From IMG/VR virus record IMGVR_UViG_3300035181_003152: a DNA stretch of 64,000 bases; one strand, 5' to 3'. The notes under the pieces were generated by a model, which was given only the letters and a program-made list of their open reading frames with translations, made no database searches and had not been told where the DNA came from. Positions 16,064 through 27,471 of this stretch are shown here, piece by piece (the stretch's first letter is position 1; each line of letters opens with the position of its first letter). The position numbers and the translations under genes were made by a program. The DNA is from an uncultured virus (IMG/VR IMGVR_UViG_3300035181_003152) (taxonomy: Duplodnaviria; Heunggongvirae; Uroviricota; Caudoviricetes).

Positions 16064-17608
16064 ATGCTCGCTCAGCAGGTCACCACCGCGCCCTTCGACA
16101 TCACCCCGCTCGCCAACGTGGTGCGCCTCTTCTTGGGCGCAGCTCACCCTTTGATCGCCGGGGAGATCCCGGGCGCAGACGTGCTCACCGCCTTTGACAT
16201 CCCCGACGCTCACGCGTGGTCGGATGCGCTGGAGAAGCTGCGCGTTGCGGGTGTCATGCGCGATGGCCTCGGCGTGCTCTGCCTGCATGTGGGGGCGCTC
16301 AAGGAGATCACGCTGGACGGCGTCGAGCCGTGGTTGCGTCGCAAACTGCGCGGGACGAGCGGCGTGCAAGAGGTGGTGGCTCAACAGCCGTCGGCCATTT
16401 TTCTCGGTCGCGCGCTCGCTCTGCTCCTCGACGAGCGCGGGCCGATGGTGCTCAGCGATTTCAATGAGGCCGATCTCGCGGAGCACGGGCTCACGCGGGT
16501 GGAGCTCGGCATCGCGCTCCGTGAGCTGGTGGCGCTCGACGTCGTCAGCGTCGAGAAGGACGCCTATCTGTTGCGGCCCTGGACGCGCTCGCCGCTCATC
16601 TCCAGGGGGCCGACGGACTGCTTGAAAGAGTGGCTGTCGGCGGGGGTCAAGGTGGCGCCTGCTCTCAAACAGATCGAGCAGCACGCCTGGTATGCGCTCA
16701 ATGGCGGCAAGGCGTTCCGCGTCGTGGGGTTTCACGGCTTCGGGCAGGCGGACCGTGCGACGCTCGAAGGCTTCGGCGAGGTGCACGTCGACACCATGCT
16801 TGCGGCCGGGAGCGGCTGGCAGCGCGTCAACGCGCCGACGTCGCCCACCGTGGCGGCGCCCGACGACTACCCCAGCCGCCTGCGCCGCTTCGGTGGCGAG
16901 TGCCAAGTCATCAACGAGGTACGCGCGGCGCTCGAGATCGCCGAGGGCGTCAACGTCATCGAGCGCGCGGCGGAACTGCGCCTCGACCACGAGCTCCAGG
17001 GCGCCGTCCTCGCCGCGGTGAGGAAGGCGCTGCGCATCGAGGCCGGCGTGGGCGTGGCGGTGGCCGCGGGGGAGCTGCGTCGCGAGCACGACCGGCGCGG
17101 CGTGGCGACGCGCGCCCTGAGCGACATGCTCGTCGCGATGTGCACGGCCCTGCGCATCGGCGACGGCGCGGACATCGTCGCGCGGTGTGGCGAGCTGCGC
17201 GAGGAACTCGACAGCGCGCGGGCCGCACTGGGCGCCGCGAATGCCATCGCCGAGCTGCGCGCTCGCGCCGAGAAAGCCGAGGAGCAGGGCGCAATCGCCC
17301 GCGCCGACCTCAACGACGCGCTCGAAGTCCTCAGCCACGTGCGCGCCGCACTCGGCGTCGACCTGAGCACCAGCCTCGTCGTTACGGCGCGCGACCTGCG
17401 CGCGCGCTGCGAGGCCGCGGAAGCCAAGGTCGAAGAGCTGGAGAGCCGTGTCGCCGTCCTGCGCGAGCGCCACGGGACCGCCGAGGCGGTGCTCATCTCG
17501 GAGCAGAAAGGCGCCATCTCGGCGCGCAGCGACCGCGACACCTGGAAGGCTCGCTGTGAAGCCGCGGAAGCCAAGTTGATCGCGTTCACCACCGCCGGGG
17601 AGGGCTGA
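16064..17608 (+). CDS. Hypothetical protein with C-terminal coiled coil
   Basis: AGGAG RBS; long ORF. Confidence 0.75.
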   Translation: MLAQQVTTAPFDITPLANVVRLFLGAAHPLIAGEIPGADVLTAFDIPDAHAWSDALEKLRVAGVMRDGLGVLCLHVGALKEITLDGVEPWLRRKLRGTSGVQEVVAQQPSAIFLGRALALLLDERGPMVLSDFNEADLAEHGLTRVELGIALRELVALDVVSVEKDAYLLRPWTRSPLISRGPTDCLKEWLSAGVKVAPALKQIEQHAWYALNGGKAFRVVGFHGFGQADRATLEGFGEVHVDTMLAAGSGWQRVNAPTSPTVAAPDDYPSRLRRFGGECQVINEVRAALEIAEGVNVIERAAELRLDHELQGAVLAAVRKALRIEAGVGVAVAAGELRREHDRRGVATRALSDMLVAMCTALRIGDGADIVARCGELREELDSARAALGAANAIAELRARAEKAEEQGAIARADLNDALEVLSHVRAALGVDLSTSLVVTARDLRARCEAAEAKVEELESRVAVLRERHGTAEAVLISEQKGAISARSDRDTWKARCEAAEAKLIAFTTAGEG

Positions 17609-17611
17609 GCC

Positions 17612-18085
17612 ATGGATGCCAAGCTCTGGACGGCAAAGCACGTCAATGAGGCCAAGGCGGCGCTCTACAGGCTCGCCGCGGAGGCGATCGCCAAGGGTGA
17701 TAGCGACCGCGCGCGGGATCTCGGACTCCTCGCCGCCGAGCGTTGGCCGACGGAGAGCGAGAACGGCTTCATCACCGCGCTTATCCCACACACCACGCTC
17801 GCGCGTGACGCGGTTCGGATTCGCCGCACCGTGCGCGCCCGCGCCGATGGGCGCGAGGTGGAGACCGTCGAGGTGTTCTGGCGCGTGAAGCTGGCGAGCG
17901 GGGCCTACGCAGATACCGACCCTGACAACGATTCGAGCACCGCAGACGCGAAAACGTCGACGACTCACTTCGAGCAGCGATTTCAGGCGGATATCGAGAA
18001 GAAGGGTTGGCCGCCGTCGAAGGGCGTCCGCGTCGTCCGCGTCACCCTCACCCGCCGTCGCATCCTGCGCGCCGAGATGGCCTGA
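17612..18085 (+). CDS. Hypothetical protein
   Basis: ORF within the operon. Confidence 0.65.
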   Translation: MDAKLWTAKHVNEAKAALYRLAAEAIAKGDSDRARDLGLLAAERWPTESENGFITALIPHTTLARDAVRIRRTVRARADGREVETVEVFWRVKLASGAYADTDPDNDSSTADAKTSTTHFEQRFQADIEKKGWPPSKGVRVVRVTLTRRRILRAEMA

Positions 18086-18088
18086 GCC

Positions 18089-18505
18089 GTGCGCGTCCTC
18101 ATCGCTCAAGCGCGTCCGTCCTCCGCCCTCGCTTTCCAAGCCCACCTCGTCGACGGGTCCGGCGCGCGTGTGGCACTCGACCGGGCCGGCGACATCGTCG
18201 CTGCCAAGATCGTCGCAGTCGCCGTCGGCGACTGGCTCGCTGCGGACAGGGCGGCCGCCATAGCCGCCGTCGTCGCCGAGCTCCAGGCGCAGCTCGTGGC
18301 GGGCGGGCTCCCGGCTGTGCAAGCCGCTCTTCTGGCGCTCTCGGGCCAGCCACGGTGCGATCACCACGCCGAGCAGCACGGGGAGATCCCGGACCCGCAG
18401 CCGCGCACCAGGCGCCGCCGGCGGCGGCTCGCGGTCCCCGCCACCGTCGATCACGCGCAGCCCGAGCCGCGCGCGCCGCAGAACCACGTTGAGAGGGCCA
18501 GGTAG
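18089..18505 (+). CDS. Hypothetical protein
   Basis: ORF within the operon. Confidence 0.6.
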   Translation: MRVLIAQARPSSALAFQAHLVDGSGARVALDRAGDIVAAKIVAVAVGDWLAADRAAAIAAVVAELQAQLVAGGLPAVQAALLALSGQPRCDHHAEQHGEIPDPQPRTRRRRRRLAVPATVDHAQPEPRAPQNHVERAR

Positions 18506-19144
18506 ATGAGCGCCGCAGCGAAGCTTCATCAGCAAGATCAGGGTCATCGGCAACCCCGACAGGCCCGGGAATTCCAGTCCGGGTCGTACCTGCGCGTCGA
18601 GCGCGTGAGTCCCGAGGAGGCTCGACGTCGACTGGCAGAGATGGGTGAGGGCGGCGGGAGTGAGCGTCTTCATGCCGTTGAAGATGCCTCGGTCCAGCCA
18701 TCCGCATTACCCCGGACCGAACCGATTTTCCGGGGTACTCGCCGGCTGTCCGTGGTGCGCCTCGACGCCCGCGCTCAGAGCGCCCTCGACCTGCGCGAGG
18801 CCATCGAGATCGCGGGGTCCAGCGTGGCCGCGGTGGCCCGCAAGCTCGGCGTCGACGAGAGCGTCGTGCGGAGTTGGTGCGACCCGCTGAGCGAGGCCAA
18901 CCCGGCCAGCGGCGACCTCGACGTGCTGCCGCCCAAGGTGCGCGCGGCCTACTACGCGATCAAGCGCGCGGCGGGCGCGACGGTGGACCGGCCGATCGCC
19001 GACCTCGCTCGCGACGTCATGGCCTGCGCGCTCGCGATCGGCGTGCTGGCCGCGGGCGGCGACCTCGACGCGCTGAGCCGCGCCGTGCAGGCGCTCGACG
19101 ATGCCACGCTCGCGCTCGCACGCGGGACGCGAGGTGCGCGGTGA
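18506..19144 (+). CDS. HTH protein (CII-like position)
   Basis: AGSSVAAVARKLGVDESVVRSWCDP. Confidence 0.6.
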   Translation: MSAAAKLHQQDQGHRQPRQAREFQSGSYLRVERVSPEEARRRLAEMGEGGGSERLHAVEDASVQPSALPRTEPIFRGTRRLSVVRLDARAQSALDLREAIEIAGSSVAAVARKLGVDESVVRSWCDPLSEANPASGDLDVLPPKVRAAYYAIKRAAGATVDRPIADLARDVMACALAIGVLAAGGDLDALSRAVQALDDATLALARGTRGAR

Positions 19145-19503
19145 GCGAGGAGGACAAGGCGCTGGAAGGCGCTGCGGCGGCGCTGGAGCTGAGCGCGGAG
19201 GTGGTGGCGCGCGCGCGGGGTGAGGCGCGTGTGGAGGAGCGCCCCGGCCTACGGTCGCCCGCGCACCAGGCATCCTGGGACGCGGAGCGTGCGCGCGAAG
19301 CGGCGCTGTTCGCCGAGGTCATGGCCGCCACCCATTGGCACGGCGTAAGCGCGTCCTCGGCGCTCAGGATGATCGCGGAATCCGCGCTCAACATTGGACC
19401 CGGTGCCACCGAGGTCAAAGACACGCCTCGTGCGAAGCTGCTCAAGATCGCGGCGCTCGCGCTCGTTGGCGTCTCGACCCTCGATCGCGCGGTGCCGCGA
19501 TGA
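19141..19503 (+). CDS. Hypothetical protein, possibly degenerate MazG-like helical fold
   Basis: C-terminal RAKLLKIAALALVGVSTLDR resembles the phage MazG-like ELxxVAAxA...IDR helix. Confidence 0.5.
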   Translation: MSEEDKALEGAAAALELSAEVVARARGEARVEERPGLRSPAHQASWDAERAREAALFAEVMAATHWHGVSASSALRMIAESALNIGPGATEVKDTPRAKLLKIAALALVGVSTLDRAVPR

Positions 19504-20635
19504 TCGCCCTCGATCTCCGCGACCTCTGGGCCAGCCAGCCCGACGACGTCATCCACGCCGCGATCGCGGGCGCGATGGGCGTCGAGCCGAGCACGCTGGC
19601 CGGGGCGATCGCCGCGATGGTGCGCGGCTCCACCGACGAAGAGATCGCCGCCCTCGTCGGCCCCGAGATGCTGCGGCGGCTCGGCGGCGACGCGCGTACA
19701 GAGCTGGCCGCGACGTGGGAGCAAGCGTGCGACGCCGCGCGCGCGGAGGCACAGCAGGCGCGGCGGAGCGCGGTGAGCGCCGCGCAGCGGGCCGAGGCGC
19801 GCGCGCGGGCGGATTACAACACCATCCTCGCGTGCGCTCGCGCTCACGGCCAAGCTGAGGATGAGCGCGACGCCCTCTTCGCGCTCGGCTGGCTTGCCGT
19901 CGTGCAGCGCGACCAAGCGCTGGCCTGGGCCAACGACGCCAACGCGCAGGGAGATCGCGCCCTCGCCGACGCCGGCGATGACGTCGACGTCGCCCGCTCG
20001 ATCGGCCACGCCCGCGCGCGCCGGCTGATCGCCGCGCTCCGCGCCGCCCGCGCCACGATCGCCGTCGATCTACCGCCAATCGCGCCTGTCGCGGCGCCGA
20101 TCGCCGATCGCGCCGCTGGCGTCGGCGCCTTCACGAGCGTCTTCTCCGTAGCCCCCGTGCCGCCTTCCTCGGGGAGCAGGCGCGCGCCCGCGCCGCCCTC
20201 GGTCACCGCGATCCAGGGCCCGCCATCGTCGCGGCCTGACGTCGCGCCGCTCGTCGCCCTGCTGAGCGAAGAGCGCGCGCCCACGCCACCGCGCCCCGTC
20301 TACGCGCTCGCCAGCAAGCTCCTCGCCGCCACGCAGCCCACCGCCCCCGCGCGCGTGAGCCTCACCATTCTCCCGATCGCCGACATCACCAGCCCCGTGC
20401 AGCACTTCGCCTGCGCGCCGCTGCGCGCCACCATCTCGGCCGCGTCGTGCGTCTCGCGGCAGCACGCCGCGGACCCCGTCGCCCGCAAGCTCCTCAGTCC
20501 CGGCGAGCGCGTCGCGACCGGCGGCGCCGGAAGCTACGGCGCCTGCAAGGCGTGCCCGGACGGGCAGAAGATCACCGCGCAGCTCGCCGGCAAGACGCGC
20601 AAGAAGCCGGCGCGTCGCGCTGCCGTGGAGGCCAA

Positions 20636-20639
<4 letters not shown>
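19500..20639 (+). CDS. Hypothetical protein (coiled coil, Pro-rich linker, C-terminal Cys motif)
   Basis: ATGA-coupled; FAC..SC..CKACPDG. Confidence 0.65.
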
Positions 20640-21210
<571 letters not shown>

Positions 21211-21214
<4 letters not shown>

Positions 21215-21951
21215 TCGCCGCCCAGCTCACCACCCTCCCCGGCCTCACGCGCCCCTTCACGCCCGCCGAGGCCACGTGGTCGCGCAACATCCGCCGCTAC
21301 CAGGAGATCATGGCGCGCGCCGCCCTCGTGGCGCCTTGGCCGGTCGCCCACGCCGCCAAGCCCACGCCGCACGCTCAAGCCGTGCTCGACGCCGAGCGCC
21401 TGGTCCTCGGCGCGCTGCTCACTGGCGCGCTCGCGCTGAGTGACCTGCAGCGCGCGCCCGACGAGCTGTGTGGCCATCTGCGGCACCGGAAGATCCTCGA
21501 CGTGCTCGTGGCCCTGCTGGAGCTCGGCGCACGCCTCGACGTGCACCTGGCCGAGCGCACGTGCGCCCGCGCCAAGATCTTCGCCGTCGCCGTCGTCACC
21601 ACCTCGCCGCCGCGGCTCTGCTCGCTCGGCGATCTCGTGCTGCCGCCGCCCCGCCGCACCGCCTCGCTCGCCGCGCTCAAGCTCTTGACCATCGAGGCCC
21701 GCCACCGCGCCGACCAGCGAGCCGAGCGCGCGCGCCTGCACGCCGTCCTCCACGACGTCGTCGATGAACTGACCGATGGCTACCTCGCCGCCGCGGTCGA
21801 GGAGGCCAAGGGCGACACCAGCGTCGTGATCACCGCGCGCGGCCGCGCGGCCTACGTCGGCGGCGACGTGCTGCGCGAGGAGCTGACTCGGCACCGCGCG
21901 GGGAGAGGCGTCGTGGAAGCAATCATCAGCGATTACCGAGGTGTGAATTGA
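21211..21951 (+). CDS. Protein with a DnaB N-terminal-like domain, no RecA ATPase domain
   Basis: PH....DAERLVLGALL...PDEL...RHRKILDVLVAL matches the DnaB N-terminal pattern. Confidence 0.55.
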
Positions 21952-22316
21952 GCCGCAGCAAGCAACGGAGTCACACGAAGAGCCGCACCACGCCGTGGTC
22001 GCCGTCCGTCGCGCGCGAGGCTGCGCGGGAGGCGCTGTGCCGCTACCGCACGACGCCGCAGCGATACTCCGACCTGGAGACGAAGTGCGTCGCGTTGCTC
22101 GGCGACGATCGCGCCTTCGACAGCGCTGAGGCGCTGGTGCTCGCGACGTGGATTTACATCCCCGATGAGGTCCGGGATCACCTCGATCGGTTCTGCCGAA
22201 CGAATGGGCTCGGCGACGACCACGAAGCGCTGCGGGCGCGCGTCGAGCGGGTGCGCTCGCGCGCTGTCATCCACGACGTGCCCGCCCGCGCTCTCGTCGC
22301 AGGAGCCCAGGCATGA
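21948..22316 (+). CDS. Hypothetical protein
   Basis: TTGA-coupled; GAGG RBS. Confidence 0.6.
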   Translation: MSRSKQRSHTKSRTTPWSPSVAREAAREALCRYRTTPQRYSDLETKCVALLGDDRAFDSAEALVLATWIYIPDEVRDHLDRFCRTNGLGDDHEALRARVERVRSRAVIHDVPARALVAGAQA

Positions 22317-24214
22317 GCGGTCTTATCGCGCTGCGCGCCTACCAGAACGATGGGATTTCCCAGGTCCGTTATCGCATCCGCACCGGCAAACGCCGCATCG
22401 TCTTCGTTCTGCCCACGGGCGGCGGCAAGACGCTGGTCGCGAGCCACGTCATCCACGGCGCCGTGCTCAAGGGCTCTCGCGTGCTGTTCTTGGCCCACCG
22501 CAAGGAGCTGATCAAACAAGCCTTCTGCAAGCTGGTCAGAAACGGCCTGGACCCGTCGGAGATCGGCGCCATCCTCGCCGGCGTCACCAGCGGCACGTGC
22601 CTCCCGCCGGTTGACTTCGCCACGCTCACCGACGACGAGCTCTGGCACCGCTACGCCCGCAAACGCCCCTCGGCGCTCGTCCAGGTCGCGTCAATTGACA
22701 CGCTGCGCACCAAGCAGCTCCCAGAGGCGCAGCTCGTGGTCATCGACGAGTGCCACCGCTCCTTGTCGGCTGGCTACGTGCGCATTCTCCGGCACTACCA
22801 CGCTCAAGGCGCCGTCGTTCTCGGCCTCACCGCCACGCCGGTGCGCAGCGATGGCCGCGGACTCGGCGAGCCGCTCAAGGTGCTCGACGAGGCTGGCGCT
22901 GTGGTCCTCGGGCCCGATGGTACACCGGCCACCTTCGCCGCCTTCGAGGACCTCGTCGTCGGCGCCACCTACAGCGACCTCCACCAAGACGGCTTCCTCG
23001 TCGATCAGCGCGTGTGGACCATCCCCGCTCAGCAGCTCGCCGCGCTTGAGACCATCAAAATCACCGGCAACGACTACGACAACGACGCCCTCGCTGCCTT
23101 GATGAACTGCTCGGGCCTCGTCGGCGACATCGTCGCGCGCTGGCTCGGGCAGTCGCAGGGCCGCCCCACGGTGTGCTTCGCCGTCAACCGCGACCACAGC
23201 CGGCACATCGTCGAGCGCTTCTGCGCGGCCGGCGTCCGCGCGCTCCACGTCGACGCCAATTCAGACGACACCCTCCGCGACAACGTCGGGCGGCGTCTGC
23301 GACTGCCCCTCTCCCACCCCGACCGGCTCGACGTGGTCTGCAACGTCGACGTCTTCACCGAGGGCTGGGACGAGCCCGGCGTGAGCTGCGTCATCCTCGC
23401 GCGCGCCACCAAGAGCGTTCGGATCTACCTCCAGCAAGTCGGCCGCGGCTCAAGGCCTGCTCCCGGCAAGATCGACTGCTACGTGCACGACCACGCGGGC
23501 TGCGCAATCGAGCACGGCATGCCGCAGTGGCCGCGCGAGTGGTCTTTGGAGGGGCGGAGCAAGAAGGCCAAGCTCAAGAGCCCGCCGACGTGCGTGTGCG
23601 AGGAGTGCCGCGCCGTCTGGCCCGGTGGCACCGACATCTGCACAGCGCCTCTCCCGGACGGCACGATCTGCAATTGGACCTTCCCACCGCCCCCGCCGCG
23701 CGAGGAGATCGCCGAGCATGCCGGCGAGCTCGTCGAGGTCCGCGCGGCCACCCGCGAAGAGATGCTGGAGGCGTGGGAGGAGATCCTCCACGCACGCGGC
23801 AAGCGCAAACCGGGCTGGTGTCACCACGAGTTCGTGCGGCGCTTCGGAATGAAGCCGCCCCGCGACTTCGCCAAGCCCGACGACGGCACCCCGCCGCTCA
23901 CCGACGAAGAGCTTGCGATCTCCCGCGCGCTCCACATCGACAGAGTGGTGGCCGAGGCCATCGCGGAGAACCGCCCTGTGAAGTGGGCGCGAATGAGGAT
24001 CGGCACGTCGAAGCTCAGCGGACTGCGCTTCCCGCTCAACGAAGAACTGGAGCACTGCGGCCCGGCGGAGGCGGACCCGGTGGGCTTCAATGCGTGGTTC
24101 GCGCCCGTGGCGCCCGTCGTCGAGCTGCCGCCGATGACCGACCTCGGCATCGCGCCCGCGCCCGTGGTGAAGAAAGAGCAGCTCAGGCTGCCGGTCGTGG
24201 GGCTGTTCCAGTGA
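22313..24214 (+). CDS. SF2 DEAD/DEAH-box helicase with zinc ribbon
   Basis: LRAYQ, LPTGGGKT, IDECH, GLTATP, FTEGWD, QQVGRGSR. Confidence 0.93.
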   Translation: MSGLIALRAYQNDGISQVRYRIRTGKRRIVFVLPTGGGKTLVASHVIHGAVLKGSRVLFLAHRKELIKQAFCKLVRNGLDPSEIGAILAGVTSGTCLPPVDFATLTDDELWHRYARKRPSALVQVASIDTLRTKQLPEAQLVVIDECHRSLSAGYVRILRHYHAQGAVVLGLTATPVRSDGRGLGEPLKVLDEAGAVVLGPDGTPATFAAFEDLVVGATYSDLHQDGFLVDQRVWTIPAQQLAALETIKITGNDYDNDALAALMNCSGLVGDIVARWLGQSQGRPTVCFAVNRDHSRHIVERFCAAGVRALHVDANSDDTLRDNVGRRLRLPLSHPDRLDVVCNVDVFTEGWDEPGVSCVILARATKSVRIYLQQVGRGSRPAPGKIDCYVHDHAGCAIEHGMPQWPREWSLEGRSKKAKLKSPPTCVCEECRAVWPGGTDICTAPLPDGTICNWTFPPPPPREEIAEHAGELVEVRAATREEMLEAWEEILHARGKRKPGWCHHEFVRRFGMKPPRDFAKPDDGTPPLTDEELAISRALHIDRVVAEAIAENRPVKWARMRIGTSKLSGLRFPLNEELEHCGPAEADPVGFNAWFAPVAPVVELPPMTDLGIAPAPVVKKEQLRLPVVGLFQ

Positions 24215-24777
24215 GCATGGACGACGTGAAGGACGACGGACGCGAGGCGCTCGCCGAGGACTCGGAGGCGCTGATCGCCGCGGCGATGTCTCATAATGTC
24301 GATCCTGTCGTGCTCAAAGGCGGGGAAGTGCGCAACGGCAAAGGTCCCCGCATCTTCATTGTCGGCAAAGGCGCCATCACGCAAGCGACGACACCCGAAG
24401 GTTTGCTGCGTGGGATGGTGCACGTGCAGACGATCCGAGCTGCGACGCAGGACGGAGAACGGCCGACGATGTTCGCCTGCGGCAACTGCGCTGCGCTGCG
24501 GCCTGTGCCACGAACTGGCACTATCCCGAAGCGCTGCAAGGATTGCTATGCTCGAAGCGAGCGCGAGCGGGCATGCAGGACGCAGAAGGCCAATCCGGGG
24601 GCCCAGCGCGCCCGCTAGAAGAAGTACCGCGACGACAACAAGGCAACGCGCGCCACTCGTGAAGCGGCTCGACGTGCCGCCAACCCCGATGCCGCGCGGG
24701 ATGCCGTAAAGAAGTACCGCGCAACAAAAAAAGCCGAACGCGAAGCCGAGAAGGCGAAGAACGAGGTCAAGTCATGA
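24211..24777 (+). pseudogene. Zinc-finger/Lys-Arg-rich protein interrupted by an in-frame TAG at 24616-24618
   Basis: CGNC..CKDC; frame continues past the TAG to a TGA overlapping the next ATG; the ANP..KKYR repeat spans the stop. Confidence 0.7.
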
Positions 24778-25205
24778 CCACCCGCAAAGCCCCGACAACG
24801 CCACTCCTCGCGCTCGGCGAGCTGCCCGACGAGACGTTTTTTCAAAACCAGCTCTCCGCGGCGCTCAACGCCCCTGGACGCTTCACCCGCCTCAACCGCC
24901 AGAACGCAGGCAAGGTCGAGGTGCGCCAGCGTGGCGGCGCCTCCGGAGGCTGGATCGACCTCGCGCCCGTCGGCGCCGCGGATCTCAGCGGCCTCGTCGC
25001 CCCGGAGGGCTGGCGCCTCGAGGTGGAAGTCAAAGTCCAGGAGCCGCACAAGGCCGAACAGATCTCCTGGCAGAACTTCATCCGCATGTTCGGCGGCATC
25101 TACGTGCTCGTGCGGTGGGTGCCTGGCCTCCTCGTCGAGGCGAATGTCGCACGCGGCGTGCAGCTCGTCGACGATGCCATTGCGGCCCGCCGTCTCCGCC
25201 CCTGA
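24774..25205 (+). CDS. VRR-NUC (PD-(D/E)xK) nuclease, putative resolvase
   Basis: RQNAG...GAADLSG...LEVEVK...EQISW...GGIYVLVR. Confidence 0.85.
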   Translation: MTTRKAPTTPLLALGELPDETFFQNQLSAALNAPGRFTRLNRQNAGKVEVRQRGGASGGWIDLAPVGAADLSGLVAPEGWRLEVEVKVQEPHKAEQISWQNFIRMFGGIYVLVRWVPGLLVEANVARGVQLVDDAIAARRLRP

Positions 25206-25214
25206 CCCCGGCGC

Positions 25215-27269
25215 GTGACAGCCCCTGCCCCCAGCGTCTCCGACCAGATCGCCGCGCGCCTGCGCGCCTGTCGTGAGGGCTGGGCGATCGGCAAGATTCC
25301 ACCCGGCGCCGGCAAAACCGTCGAGTTCTGCAACCTCGCCCTCGAGCGCGCGCAAAAGCAGCCCAGCCCCAACGCCACCACGACGCGTGCGCCCGCAGGC
25401 TCGAAGTCGGCTCTGCTCCTCCCCACGAGCGCGCTCGCCGTCGAGAAAACCCACCAGGTCCGCGCCCGCGGCGGCGACGTCCAGCGCCGCTTCGGCATGA
25501 CCTCCGCCCCCTACGCCCCCGGGCGCGGCTGCCGCTGGCCGCAGAGCCTCACGCTGTTCTCCGCAGCCGGCCAGTCGGCCCGACGCACCCTCTGCGACGG
25601 TGGCTCGGATAAACGCCGCGGCGCGCCCTGTGAACACCGTGCCTCCTGCGACACGTACAAGAGCGATGGTGTCGACGGAGATCCCAGTGCCCGCTTTGCC
25701 ATCGGCCCGCAGTCGATGGGCCCGCAGCTCGCCGGTCACGCCGGGACAGGTCTCCTCGGCGTCGACGATCCGCCGCCCACGGTCCTCGACACGCACGCCT
25801 TCACCGCCGACGAACTCGAGCAAGCTGCCCAGCTCGACGAGCGCACACACCCGCCTTTCGAGACCGCCTTCGGCGTCGGCCTCGCGCCAATCCTGAAGCA
25901 CCTCGCCGCCTGGCTCCGCACCTCGCCGCCGCCCGGCGACCTCTTCGTCCTCGCCGACCTGGTGCCGCCCGAAATGCTCGAGGTGCTCGAGGACCTCTAC
26001 GCCGGCCGCCGCATCGAGGCTATTCTCAAATCGCAAGAGCTCATCCTGCTCCGCCAGGTGAGCCACCGCGGCGCGCCCCTCGGCGCCGCGATGCAGATGG
26101 CGCGCGTCCTCGGCGACGCCCTCCGCCGCAAAATGCTCAACGCCACCGTCGAGCTCCGCGCCGGCGTGCCCGCGCTCCGCACCTTCGGCATTCTGGAGTG
26201 GTTCGAGCGCGTCATCGTGCATTTTCAGGGCACCGGCATCCTGCTCGCCGCGGACGCCGACCTGCACTACCCGATCCTCTGCAAGCTCCTCGCCGCCCCG
26301 CCGATTTTCTTCGAGATCGCCGCCCCGGACGGCGCCCCGATCTCGCGGCGCCTCATGCACCTGCGCGCCGCCGGGCCCGCCAGTTCAATCTTCGACGGCA
26401 AGAAGTTTAAGCTGGCGCCCGCCGCGCTCCGCGCCGTCGAGTGGGCCGTGAGCTGGGCGCTGGAGAGCCCCACCGCCGGCGACGGCGTGCTCTTCGTCAC
26501 CCGGCGCCCCTTCCGCTTCGCCCTCGAGGCCGCCGCGCCCGCGACCACCCCGGCCCGCCAGCTCGAGCTCCGCCACGCATGGGCCCACGACCTCAAGCAG
26601 GAGCCCGAGGCGCTCGATCTCGCCGTCGCCCAACTCGCCCAGCTCCTCGCGCCGCTGGCTGCCATCCCGCTCGGCTACGCGCACTTCGGCGCCACCCGCG
26701 GCCTCGACGTCTGGTCAAATTACGACGCGACCATCACGCTCGGCGACCCGTGGATCGACGTCGCCCACGTCAAGCTCGAGGCCGTGTTCCTCCACGGCAA
26801 TGCCCACGACGCCGCCGCTCTCGCCAAACTGGAGAGCGAGCGCGCCGTCGCCTACGCAGGCGCCGAGCTTGAGCAGGCCCACGGCCGGCTCCGGACCATC
26901 CACCGCCAAAAGCCGGGCCGCCAGCTCCACGTTGGCCGCGTGATCCCCCGCGGCTGGGAGGGCCGCTTTACCCGCGACGACCCGGCGAAGGGCCGCCCGA
27001 AGAACGGCGCCAAGGCCGCACCGGAGGTCGTCAGCGCCGAGCTCCAGGAGCTGCGCGCCCTCGTGGCCCAGCTCGGCGGGCAGCGCGGCGCCGCCGCGGC
27101 CGCGAGCCTCAACCGCGAGACGCTGCGCACGTACATGAGCGGCCGCACCGCGCCGCCGGCGGGCGCCTTGGCGATGCTCCGCTGGGCGGCGAGCGTTCGC
27201 GGGGCCGTCCTCGACGAGCGGGCCGAGATGGTGCGAGAGCGCGAGGCGCTGGAGCAGCCAGGCGCGTGA
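25215..27269 (+). CDS. Divergent SF2-like helicase/putative origin-binding protein with a 4-Cys cluster and C-terminal HTH
   Basis: PPGAGKT Walker A, four Cys after motif Ia, HFGATRGLD, ELEQAHGRLR (motif VI-like), C-terminal GGQRGAAAAASLNRETLRTYMSG. Confidence 0.6.
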   Translation: MTAPAPSVSDQIAARLRACREGWAIGKIPPGAGKTVEFCNLALERAQKQPSPNATTTRAPAGSKSALLLPTSALAVEKTHQVRARGGDVQRRFGMTSAPYAPGRGCRWPQSLTLFSAAGQSARRTLCDGGSDKRRGAPCEHRASCDTYKSDGVDGDPSARFAIGPQSMGPQLAGHAGTGLLGVDDPPPTVLDTHAFTADELEQAAQLDERTHPPFETAFGVGLAPILKHLAAWLRTSPPPGDLFVLADLVPPEMLEVLEDLYAGRRIEAILKSQELILLRQVSHRGAPLGAAMQMARVLGDALRRKMLNATVELRAGVPALRTFGILEWFERVIVHFQGTGILLAADADLHYPILCKLLAAPPIFFEIAAPDGAPISRRLMHLRAAGPASSIFDGKKFKLAPAALRAVEWAVSWALESPTAGDGVLFVTRRPFRFALEAAAPATTPARQLELRHAWAHDLKQEPEALDLAVAQLAQLLAPLAAIPLGYAHFGATRGLDVWSNYDATITLGDPWIDVAHVKLEAVFLHGNAHDAAALAKLESERAVAYAGAELEQAHGRLRTIHRQKPGRQLHVGRVIPRGWEGRFTRDDPAKGRPKNGAKAAPEVVSAELQELRALVAQLGGQRGAAAAASLNRETLRTYMSGRTAPPAGALAMLRWAASVRGAVLDERAEMVREREALEQPGA

Positions 27270-27397
27270 GCCGCTCCGGTTGTCAACGGGTGCCACCGAC
27301 AACCTATCGGGCTGGAGGTGCCGGAATCGTCAACCGAGGCGATGGCAAGAAGCCGCCGACGGCGGGCTGGTTGCGCCCGCAATGTGATGTCGCCGAC

Positions 27398-27471
27398 GTG
27401 GGTGCAAAAGCCCTAAGAATAAGAGAGAGGGACCAGATCCAGACGTTTTCCTTTAGCGCTTTTGCACCCAC
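27398..27471. repeat. 19-bp inverted repeat (1 mismatch) around a lower-GC 36-nt spacer; candidate replication origin
   Basis: GTGGGTGCAAAAGCcCTAA (27398-27416) / TTAGcGCTTTTGCACCCAC (27453-27471). Confidence 0.75.

Noticed and set aside
15161..18673. 1170-aa minus-strand ORF and other long antisense ORFs (e.g. 8848-11457, 34092-36035, 48059-50086, 54918-57215)
   Set aside because: Shadow ORFs opposite well-supported genes, expected at high GC3; no recognisable motifs.
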